From the NCBI GenBank assembly GCA_016839265.1, contig JAEOUO010000003.1, forward strand, positions 60,001 to 92,000: DNA of 32,000 nt, in the 5' to 3' direction. This document shows, piece after piece, positions 1-7,935 of the stretch (position 1 is the stretch's first letter; each line of letters begins with the position of its first letter). A model generated the notes under the pieces. That model saw nothing but the letters and a program-made list of their open reading frames with translations, searched no databases and was not told where the DNA came from. The position numbers and the translations under genes are program-made. Origin of the DNA: Candidatus Odinarchaeota archaeon. GTDB lineage: Archaea > Asgardarchaeota > Odinarchaeia > Odinarchaeales > Odinarchaeaceae.

Positions 1-835
1 AAAACTTTGCAGCATACAAGAAACTACTGATAGCAGGCTTATTAGAAACCCCGCATAAAGCAAGGTTAAGCGGTTCACTATAGAATTTTAAGTCGAATTT
101 CACGACTCCCCCGGATTTTAAAGCTAAACTAAGAATTGTTTTAAGTTGAGCGCGGTTCATTCCACCGTTAGTCTCCCAGCAAACTCTTAAAATCCGCCCC
201 TCCCTTTCAGCCTTCTCTAAGGCTATGCGGCTGACAGCTATACTATGCGGTAGCTGCGGAGTTGGATCACCCCCGAAAAAACAGATGCAAGAAACTTTAT
301 CATTCACTTGCCCAGCTAATTGTTCAGCGGATAAATATTTTCCTCCGCCGGTAACAGGTCGATGATGCCAGTTCTGACAGAATAAACAGTTAAAATTACA
401 ACCCCTATAGAATACAGCTAGATTATAGTAACCGTATTCAGGTCCATTCCGGTAAGCGTACTTCGGGTAACCGCAACCTGTTCCAGCCGGACAGATAAAA
501 TCAGCTACACAGTTAGTCGGTAAACTATCATAGTAAAAATCCAGTAACCCTTTACCAGGCGTCCCAGCTAATCTAACCAGGCGACCACCCCGGTTTTCAA
601 ATAAACCACAGATACCTTTCTCTCCTCCACTGATTTTACAATGGTTTCCGCATCCGAAACATGTTAACCCCATCTTACTGGTAAGTTTACTCTCACCCAT
701 ACTTAAGCGAAGAGCGTTAACTTTCTCAAAAATAATTTCCAGTGCTTCCTCCGGGGTTTTCAATATACACTCGCGGCAAACCCCGATACTACGGCTGACT
801 GGAAGTCGATCCGAGCCACAGATACTACACTTCAA
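1..835 (-). CDS. Radical SAM protein, PflA/activating-enzyme-like, with N-terminal Cys-rich domain; 3' end runs off the window
   Basis: Not in the ORF track. Hand translation from TTG 835 (in-frame GTG at 844) gives LKCSICGSDRLPVSRSIGVCRECI...CFGCGNHC...GCNFNCLFCQNW (CxxxCxxC)...FFGGDPTPQ...VCWETNG...VKFDLK, open to position 1. Confidence 0.85.
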   Translation of the reverse strand, partial: MKCSICGSDRLPVSRSIGVCRECILKTPEEALEIIFEKVNALRLSMGESKLTSKMGLTCFGCGNHCKISGGEKGICGLFENRGGRLVRLAGTPGKGLLDFYYDSLPTNCVADFICPAGTGCGYPKYAYRNGPEYGYYNLAVFYRGCNFNCLFCQNWHHRPVTGGGKYLSAEQLAGQVNDKVSCICFFGGDPTPQLPHSIAVSRIALEKAEREGRILRVCWETNGGMNRAQLKTILSLALKSGGVVKFDLKFYSEPLNLALCGVSNKPAISSFLYAAKF

Positions 836-844
836 ATCATCCAC

Positions 845-1135
845 CTATATCCTCCTACATTTAAAAATAACTGTGCCGCCATCAGTGTAAGGAGACCCAG
901 GGTCCACGCATTGAAAATAATACACGCCAGGATTATCAGATGTAGTTAACCCTAGTTTAACAGGGTCAACACCCTCATTAATCGCTATAGCATAGTGTAA
1001 TATTACAGGTAACGCGTGAATACATAACGAGTTCGTTCTATCCAGAATAATTCTAGGAGGGTCAATAGTAATTCTGTCACCTGGTTTATAAACAGGGCAG
1101 CGGCCTTTAATTCTTTCAACTAAAACTTCAAACAT
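845..1135 (-). CDS. TIGR04076-family small Cys-containing protein
   Basis: GRCPVYKPGD...LCIHAL...FQCVDPG...GTVIF pattern; its stop abuts the start of the radical SAM gene. Confidence 0.75.
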   Translation of the reverse strand: MFEVLVERIKGRCPVYKPGDRITIDPPRIILDRTNSLCIHALPVILHYAIAINEGVDPVKLGLTTSDNPGVYYFQCVDPGSPYTDGGTVIFKCRRI

Positions 1136-1230
1136 CCTAGTTCACCTTTTAACAAGTAAATATTCGAATACTTGAAATAAAAGTTTAACATGATTTAAAG
1201 GAGAGTTTAATAATATGTTTATATATTAGA

Positions 1231-1256
1231 TATCATGTTTAATATCAAATATGATA
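1231..1256. promoter_or_regulatory. 26-bp imperfect palindrome, likely PadR autoregulatory operator
   Basis: TATCATGTTTAATATCAAATATGATA matches its reverse complement at 22/26 positions; lies between TTTATATA (1218-1225) and the GAGGT RBS of the PadR gene. Confidence 0.55.
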
Positions 1257-1270
1257 ATAGAGGTATAAAA

Positions 1271-1822
1271 ATGTGCAATCCAAGACACTTCATCCATTGG
1301 AGCAGACATATAGCAACTGTTCCAAAAGGCTTCCTAAGATACCAAGTCCTGAAACTATTAGCTGAAAAACCACACTCAGGAAAAGAAATAATGGATAAAA
1401 TTCAACAACTAACAGAAGGAAAGTGGACCCCAAGCCCAGGCTCAATATACCCGCTACTAGCATTACTAGAAGACTACGGCTACATCCAACAGCTCCCAAA
1501 AGATGAAACAGGGAGAAAACCCTACCAGATCACAGAAGAAGGAAAAAAATTCCTCCAAGAACAAGAAAAACAACGAGAAGAATACAATCAAAACAGCATA
1601 GGATTATTCACACCATTCATATTCAACCACACCTGCCCGCAAATAAACCCTGAACAAGCCCTTAAAATAAAAGAAAACATAAAAAGAATATTCCAAACAC
1701 TATTCAAACTCAGAAAACACCTAACACAAAAACCAACAAACGAGAAAATCGAAAAAATAACCCAAATAATACAAAAAATAGCCGACACACTACAACAAGA
1801 AACAGAAAAACTAGAAGAATAA
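1271..1822 (+). CDS. PadR-family winged-helix transcriptional regulator
   Basis: LRYQVLKLLAEKPHSGKEIM...WTPSPGSIYPLLALLEDYGYI...RKPYQITEEG; start moved from 1235 to ATG 1271 because GAGGT lies at 1260-1264. Confidence 0.92.
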   Translation: MCNPRHFIHWSRHIATVPKGFLRYQVLKLLAEKPHSGKEIMDKIQQLTEGKWTPSPGSIYPLLALLEDYGYIQQLPKDETGRKPYQITEEGKKFLQEQEKQREEYNQNSIGLFTPFIFNHTCPQINPEQALKIKENIKRIFQTLFKLRKHLTQKPTNEKIEKITQIIQKIADTLQQETEKLEE

Positions 1823-2012
1823 ACTAAATATTCCAACTACAATCAAATCGAATAACCATGTATTCTTCCATATTCAGGTTTAATTCTAAGATAATAGAGA
1901 ACGGGGGTTCAAAATCTCGAAGCGCCTAGAATTATAATCGCTGATTTTCTCTTATTTTTACAAATAAATTTATGCACTCGAAATGTATAGAAAATTTTGA
2001 AGGGTTCTGCGC

Positions 2013-2339
2013 TTGCAAAGCATACATGGCCTTGTAGACTCATTGATAGACAGTGTAATAGGAGCGGCTACCTATATAATTGTAGATGCGCTTGAAGTAG
2101 TTTTCACTTCACTAGGTTACTCTTGGTGGCTTTTAATAATTAAGATTTTAACTTTTTTAGGGGTATTTTCTTTTATTGATAAGTTTGAGCGCTCTAATAT
2201 TTTTTATTTTACAGGATATTTTCTGGGGTTCATTATAATGAGTAGAATTTTAGGTTTAAGTATCATAGATGTGGTTGCGATAGTAGTGTTGTTTCTCTAC
2301 GTTTTTGTTAAAATTTTGGAGAAAAAAGGTAGGTGTTAA
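2013..2339 (+). CDS. Small orphan membrane protein (about 3-4 TM segments)
   Basis: 108-aa ORF with TTG start, several hydrophobic stretches and a basic C-terminus; no recognisable family. Confidence 0.55.
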   Translation: MQSIHGLVDSLIDSVIGAATYIIVDALEVVFTSLGYSWWLLIIKILTFLGVFSFIDKFERSNIFYFTGYFLGFIIMSRILGLSIIDVVAIVVLFLYVFVKILEKKGRC

Positions 2340-2357
2340 CTAGTTATAAGCTATTGT

Positions 2358-2897
2358 TTATTGAAGTTTGTTTTGAATTATAAACCAGTATGTTAATAAT
2401 TCTTTTTCTTTATTTTCATAGTCTGGGTGCCTGGTTTTTATGATTTTCCAGAATTTTTGATTATGTTTTTTTTCAATATAATGTGCGAGTTCATGATATA
2501 GAACGTATTCTATTAAGTTCGTTGGCAAATATTTCAATAACTTGTTAACTGTTAAATTATTTTTTCTACTGTAACTTGCCCATTTAGTTTTCATTTTTCG
2601 AAAGAAGATCTTATTTAAATTTACTTTAAGCTCCTGTTTGTATTTTTTAATAATATTGTTAACTAATTCTTTTAATTGCGTGTCATCTCTGCTAGATACT
2701 TCTTTTCTTTCAGCTTCTTGAACAGCTTCCTCTATTATTTTAAGTTTTCTTTGAATCCATTTTTGATGTTTTTGAATCAGCGCCTCATGGTTTTTAAAAT
2801 TTTTAGGGAGAATTAATACTAGTTTTCCTGTTTTAAATTCTAGTCTAGGATGTTTAACGTCATGGTAGTATACTGTACAGTTTTCTATTTTATCCAT
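2358..2897 (-). CDS. M48/DUF45 (YgjP-like) zinc metallopeptidase associated with type I RM
   Basis: KMKTKWASYS, EYVLYHELAH (HExxH) and HNQKFW motifs; start overlaps the hsdR stop. Confidence 0.9.
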   Translation of the reverse strand: MDKIENCTVYYHDVKHPRLEFKTGKLVLILPKNFKNHEALIQKHQKWIQRKLKIIEEAVQEAERKEVSSRDDTQLKELVNNIIKKYKQELKVNLNKIFFRKMKTKWASYSRKNNLTVNKLLKYLPTNLIEYVLYHELAHYIEKKHNQKFWKIIKTRHPDYENKEKELLTYWFIIQNKLQ

Positions 2898-5800
2898 AGT
2901 TTTTCACGTTTTCCATGATCTGTTTTTGAAGAAGTTCTATTTGATCCAAGTTAAGATTATATTTTCGAATATATTTTCGCAAGTATTCGCGAATTAAGCC
3001 TTCAATTTTTTTTCTCGCAGTAGACTGGATTTGCCAGTTTCTAAATAAGTAGGGTTTAATAATGTTAACAATCGTTTTAGCTTCTTCAACTAAATTAACT
3101 CTTTCTTTAATCGTTTTTTCAAGTGTTAAAAGAATTGAATAATCTAGATTAGGTAAATCTAATTGTTTCTGTCGGTTTTGAAGCTGGTTTATTTCTTTTA
3201 TAATTTCAACGCCTTCACTGTAGATTTTCTCATAGTCTTTGATTTTCTCTCTCCATAGTTTAAGTAAACGTTCAACTTTATCCGTTAAAGTTTCATATAC
3301 TGGGTTGCGGTATCTTTCCACGAGAATGAAACGGTTTAATGTGAATAGAATATTTGCAGCTTTCTCCTCTTTGGATTTAACTTTTTCTTGAAGGTTTCTC
3401 AAATAATCTGCGTCGAATTGAATGTCAGGATATAGGGCTTCTATATTATTGATTTTAGTGGTTGAATACACGTATTTTAATGTTTTAGGATAATATTTAC
3501 GCACATATTTCTGTTCCTCATAGTATTGCTGTCTTAACCAGTGAAGGTAGAAGGTGTAGACTTGAATCAGCCAATTATATTCCTTGAGTTTTTGAAGCTT
3601 TATTTGATGAGGGCCGAGTAATTCGAAGATTTTTCTGAGTTGACGGATATTTTTCTGGAAGAGTTTAGTTGTCTTCTCATCGGTGGTTATTATTTCGAAG
3701 GCTTTAAACATGGTTTCTCTATCTGATCTATCTAAAGGTACGCCTTGGAATAAGCTGATGGTTTCCTCTATAAGATGCGTAAATTCTTTAGCGATATCAT
3801 CTATTGGAATTAACACACCGGTGATATCTTCTTTACTATAAGTTTCTAAAGCATGTATAAATTCTTTAAGAACTCCTACATAATCGATTATGAGACCGAC
3901 TGTTTTGTGATCATTGAAAGGACGATTTGTTCTAGCTATAGCTTGAAGTAAACGATGTTCTTTAAGCGGTTTATCAAGGTACATGGTTTGAAGAATCGGA
4001 GCGTCGAATCCTGTTAAAAGCATATCTGTGACGATTAAGATTTTAGGGTAATCATCTTCTTTAAAACGTTCTATTATTTTTCTACGAATCTCTTCAGTAT
4101 CATTACTGTAGTAACGGTTTGTTAACTCTTTTAGACAGTCTTGGATTTCCTGTGGGTCTGTTCTATTATATGTCATAACAACTTCAGAGTATTCTTTAGG
4201 CAATAGTTTATCGAGCACTCGTTTATAACGGATACACGCCAGACGGCTGACAGCGACGATTAACCCTTTAAATCTTCCATCTAAGTTTTCTTTAAAATGC
4301 TCTGTTATATCATAGGCGATTTTATCTATTCGCTGCGGGTTTTCGAGAATAACTTTTATTTGATTAAGTTTACGTTTAATTTTCTCCTCTGTTTTTTCAC
4401 GGTATTCTTCAGGGATCTCCTCGTAGTCTGATTGAATAAACTCTTCAAGCATCGCTTTATCTAAGTGAACATCTTTCTCTAATCTAGGTTGGTAGGCTAT
4501 TTTTAAAGTGCAGCCGTCTTTAATAGACTCGGTTATGAAATACTTGTCAAGGTAGTGTTCACCTTCACTTGGATAAGAGAACTCTTGGTAAGTGTCTCTC
4601 CCTATTTTCATTATAGGTGTCCCTGTGAAAGCGAAGGCGAACGCGTTTTTAAGAATCTGCTTCATTTGAGCTGCTAATAAACCATACTGGGTTCGATGCG
4701 CTTCATCTATGAATAATATAATATTCTTACGGTTTTGAACGGTCTCCTGTTTTTCACTTAAACTCTCTAATTCTTTCTGTAATTCTACTAGTTCTTCAGG
4801 GCGGAATTTATGAATTAAAGTTATGAATATTCCTCGTTTACCACGGTTTTCATCAAATCTTAAGATACGCCTTAAAACCTCTATTGAGTCAACTACCTCA
4901 GGTTTAACAATATCTAAAGCCGTAAACTCCTGGTATAATTGTTCTTGAAGCTCCTCCCGATCTACTATAAAAAATATGGTAGGTTTATCGAGAACCGGAT
5001 TCAAATAAAGCTTATTAGCTGCAAAAATCATGGTTAAAGTTTTACCGCTACCCTGCCAATGCCAGATTAACCCTTTATTTTTAGTATCCTTCCCTTCTAA
5101 GTTTAAAATAACACGATTAAAGATTTTCTCAGCAGCCTGATACTGCATATACCGTGTGATTACTTTAGTTGCAACCCCGCGCTCAACGCGGAAAAATAAA
5201 TAACTTCGAATAATATTCAATAAGTTTTCAGGGGAAAGCATCTCAACAATCGCGTCCACAGGATCCTGAAAACCAGGATGCCTCCATTCATGAATTTTAA
5301 CATCGCTTCTACTCCAAGGAGTTGTTGGAAAATACTTCACCGTATACTCAGCAGCCACACCTATCTGAACATACTTATATAACTCCGGAACCATCTCCTC
5401 GTATTCACGTATCTGCTTATAAGCAGCATACCAGTCCTCCGTTAAACTAGCAGGATTCTTACACTCTATATTTACTAATGGAATACCGTTAACGTAAAGA
5501 ATTAAATCATTGCGAATCTTTTTATCACCGTTCTGGTGGACTACTTGACTTGAAACAATAAAATCATTATTACTAACGTTATCATAGTCGAAAAGCCGAA
5601 TATATTTCACAACACGCTCCTTCTCGAATTTAACAGGCACCCCCATCTTAAAATAATTGAGAACCTGTTTAACATGCTCCGCACCCGCTGTTTTAAACTT
5701 CAACTCATTTAAAACCTGCCGAACCTCCGCTTCACCTAACCCTTTTTCAGTATTCAAATTATTTAAAACACGAGTCAAAACAGAAACCAATAACGGCTCC

Positions 5801-5910
5801 TCGAAGCTCTCCCTCTCCAAGCTATCAGCTGGAATAAACCGCCAACCTTTAGCTTGAAGCCTCTGAATAAAATAATCCTCTACAACAGATTTTTCACTAA
5901 AAAGCTGCAT
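2890..5910 (-). CDS. hsdR: Type I restriction endonuclease R subunit
   Basis: NDLILYVNGIPLVNIECKNP (PD-(D/E)xK), QGSGKT Walker A, DEAHR, FTGTP, MLLTGFDAP, QAIARTNR. Confidence 0.97.
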   Translation of the reverse strand: MQLFSEKSVVEDYFIQRLQAKGWRFIPADSLERESFEEPLLVSVLTRVLNNLNTEKGLGEAEVRQVLNELKFKTAGAEHVKQVLNYFKMGVPVKFEKERVVKYIRLFDYDNVSNNDFIVSSQVVHQNGDKKIRNDLILYVNGIPLVNIECKNPASLTEDWYAAYKQIREYEEMVPELYKYVQIGVAAEYTVKYFPTTPWSRSDVKIHEWRHPGFQDPVDAIVEMLSPENLLNIIRSYLFFRVERGVATKVITRYMQYQAAEKIFNRVILNLEGKDTKNKGLIWHWQGSGKTLTMIFAANKLYLNPVLDKPTIFFIVDREELQEQLYQEFTALDIVKPEVVDSIEVLRRILRFDENRGKRGIFITLIHKFRPEELVELQKELESLSEKQETVQNRKNIILFIDEAHRTQYGLLAAQMKQILKNAFAFAFTGTPIMKIGRDTYQEFSYPSEGEHYLDKYFITESIKDGCTLKIAYQPRLEKDVHLDKAMLEEFIQSDYEEIPEEYREKTEEKIKRKLNQIKVILENPQRIDKIAYDITEHFKENLDGRFKGLIVAVSRLACIRYKRVLDKLLPKEYSEVVMTYNRTDPQEIQDCLKELTNRYYSNDTEEIRRKIIERFKEDDYPKILIVTDMLLTGFDAPILQTMYLDKPLKEHRLLQAIARTNRPFNDHKTVGLIIDYVGVLKEFIHALETYSKEDITGVLIPIDDIAKEFTHLIEETISLFQGVPLDRSDRETMFKAFEIITTDEKTTKLFQKNIRQLRKIFELLGPHQIKLQKLKEYNWLIQVYTFYLHWLRQQYYEEQKYVRKYYPKTLKYVYSTTKINNIEALYPDIQFDADYLRNLQEKVKSKEEKAANILFTLNRFILVERYRNPVYETLTDKVERLLKLWREKIKDYEKIYSEGVEIIKEINQLQNRQKQLDLPNLDYSILLTLEKTIKERVNLVEEAKTIVNIIKPYLFRNWQIQSTARKKIEGLIREYLRKYIRKYNLNLDQIELLQKQIMENVKNYG

Positions 5911-6157
5911 AATTTAAATCACACTCTTCATTTTAACACCCAATAAGTAAACGTTTTTATCATAAATTATTTTATTTTAATTATCATGAAAAATATTTAT
6001 CAGACTTAAAAGTAAGCGTTCATTCCGTTTACCTACTTTTAAAAGTGAGAAAAATGTCTTTTTAAATCTCTTCTTGCCAGATAGTTGAACATATTTACCA
6101 TCTCTAACAAATTTAATTTTGATATAATTAAGATCGTAAACAATTCTTTTTATTTGT

Positions 6158-7681
6158 TTAAATATATATTGTGAAAACATTCTTACCACTGGCAAAAGCT
6201 GCCATACTTATATCACCAGTAAGTAATATTGCGTTAAATTCTAAGCAGGTTTCAATAATTTTTTCATCTCTAACATTTTTTGGAAGAGAGTCAGGTATTT
6301 CTTCTATTTTACCTAAAGATTCAAGCTTTATTCTTCCAATCCCATTAAATTTCCATAATTTTTCAAACTCCTTTTTACCCCTCGGCGTGCCATCACATTC
6401 TTTTCTAACCACGGGATCAAGTAATATAGTAAAGTCTTCAAAAAACCTAGACGACTCAAGATCTCTACTTATTAAGTTACGTTGTATCGCATTACTATCA
6501 GGAGTCAAATAGCCGCAATAATACCTCAAAGTAAAACCAGCGTCTTCTATAAATCGCTTGCAGTTAGGGCATTTCAATTTAGTTGTACGCTTTTTTCCAT
6601 TATTAAGCGTAGCAAAGGTTACACTTTTCAAAATATGGCCACAAAGGGGGCATACAATAGAAAGAGATTGTATCGAGAGGCGGCCTTTATTAAATTCTTC
6701 GAGAAATTGGTGTGATAATAAATCTTCTTTTATTGGAGGTATTTCTTTTCTAATTTCTTGGGATTCTCCTTCCATCTTTTTTATTATTTTAAATGACTTT
6801 TTAACAAACCATGGCCATGGTTTACCTGAGTTATGCCATTGTTTAAGCCACTCTATAGTTTGTTGGTCCGCCGCGTTGCCAGATCCCACGGATAGCCCGT
6901 TCAGCTGAAACTCTGGGTTTTTATTAATCGCGTTTATAACTGCTTCTCGTTCTCTTTTAGAAACTAATGAGGCAACTTTAGCTTCAAGATATCTTTCATC
7001 TGCGTTGTTTACTATAATTACTTCTGCTTTTTGTTTTTTTAAAAAGTTTAGAAAACGTTTTAGTGTTGAGCCTATTCCAAAATCATCTAATACAATTCTG
7101 CATTGACTGATTGGTACTTTCCTAAAAAAGATGTTTAAAATTCGTTGATAAGTTACATCCATTATTTTGTTTAAATTATATCTATCTATTTGCCACGGCG
7201 GAACCTTTTCATTAATAAATGCAAATTTTTCAGTACTAAGAGAATCCAATTTCTTAAATAATGCATCCCAATATTGAAAATCATGACTTTTTTTAGTGTC
7301 TGCAGATCCAACTATTAAATGAACTTTTTCAAATATTTCTTTAGGAAAAAATACTCCAGTAAGAACCATGTGCCCTATAACTTCTCCTTTTCCAGTTTCA
7401 TCTAACCCTATCAGAAAATCTTTTGTTGGCGGTGGATATGGGATTATTAAAGAGTTTATGTACTGCCAAGCTTTAAACACTTCAAGGTCATTTGATTTAG
7501 AGGATGTACTATAAATGGTTCCGTTTTTGTAATACGTAAAAGTTGAATCTGAAAATCTTACTCGCCATTCCTCATTATTCATATCCCCAACTGTTAACTC
7601 TTGACCACCATATTTTATGAGATAATTTTTGATAATGTCCGCAGTAGGATAATCAACATTTTTCCAAGTAGAACCATGCAT
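6158..7681 (-). CDS. Multidomain nuclease: TBP-like N-domain + RNase HII/HIII domain + C4 Zn ribbon + C-terminal PIN domain
   Basis: IGLDETGKGEVIG (D94,E95), ADTKK, VLDD (D199), NADERYLEAKVASLVSK (D228), GSGNAAD; CPLC/CPNC (C344,C347,C371,C374); PIN-like PDSN (D395), VVRKE (E428), RDEKI (D472), LLTGD (D490). Confidence 0.8.
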   Translation of the reverse strand: MHGSTWKNVDYPTADIIKNYLIKYGGQELTVGDMNNEEWRVRFSDSTFTYYKNGTIYSTSSKSNDLEVFKAWQYINSLIIPYPPPTKDFLIGLDETGKGEVIGHMVLTGVFFPKEIFEKVHLIVGSADTKKSHDFQYWDALFKKLDSLSTEKFAFINEKVPPWQIDRYNLNKIMDVTYQRILNIFFRKVPISQCRIVLDDFGIGSTLKRFLNFLKKQKAEVIIVNNADERYLEAKVASLVSKREREAVINAINKNPEFQLNGLSVGSGNAADQQTIEWLKQWHNSGKPWPWFVKKSFKIIKKMEGESQEIRKEIPPIKEDLLSHQFLEEFNKGRLSIQSLSIVCPLCGHILKSVTFATLNNGKKRTTKLKCPNCKRFIEDAGFTLRYYCGYLTPDSNAIQRNLISRDLESSRFFEDFTILLDPVVRKECDGTPRGKKEFEKLWKFNGIGRIKLESLGKIEEIPDSLPKNVRDEKIIETCLEFNAILLTGDISMAAFASGKNVFTIYI

Positions 7682-7888
7682 TTAATTATCACTACCAAAA
7701 ATTCTTATATTTTCTCTATAAGTTCCAAAATATATCTCAAGCGGATAGCGTTTCCTAACTCTTCTTGAGAATAACATATACCTCAATTTTCGTAAAAGGT
7801 AGAATATGTTATTATTATAATTATCCCCCTTTATTTTATTTACCAGAAACTTGGCCAACCGGCTAATTACAAAATTTTTTAATATCAT
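7682..7888 (-). CDS. Short basic ORF, in frame with and directly upstream of the RNase H-PIN gene; coding status uncertain
   Basis: GGGAGGAAT before ATG 7888; TAA 7682-7684 directly followed by ATG 7681. Confidence 0.3.
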   Translation of the reverse strand: MILKNFVISRLAKFLVNKIKGDNYNNNIFYLLRKLRYMLFSRRVRKRYPLEIYFGTYRENIRIFGSDN

Positions 7889-7935
7889 ATTCCTCCCACT
7901 TTTTTATGTTTTTATAAAAAAATTCTATTAAATAA

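Noticed and set aside
5977-6195. 72-aa minus-strand ORF between the RNase H-PIN gene and hsdR
   Set aside because: Overlaps the nuclease 3' end, has no RBS or recognisable motif, and is K/F/I-rich as expected for a chance ORF in very AT-rich DNA
6158-7681. Annotation as the housekeeping rnhB
   Set aside because: More than twice the usual length, carries extra TBP-like, Zn-ribbon and PIN modules, and lies inside an RM operon
5976-7691. 11-bp direct repeat TTTAATTATCA (5976-5986 and 7681-7691) flanking the nuclease gene, a possible cassette boundary
   Set aside because: Almost all A/T in an AT-rich region, and similarity does not extend; expected by chance
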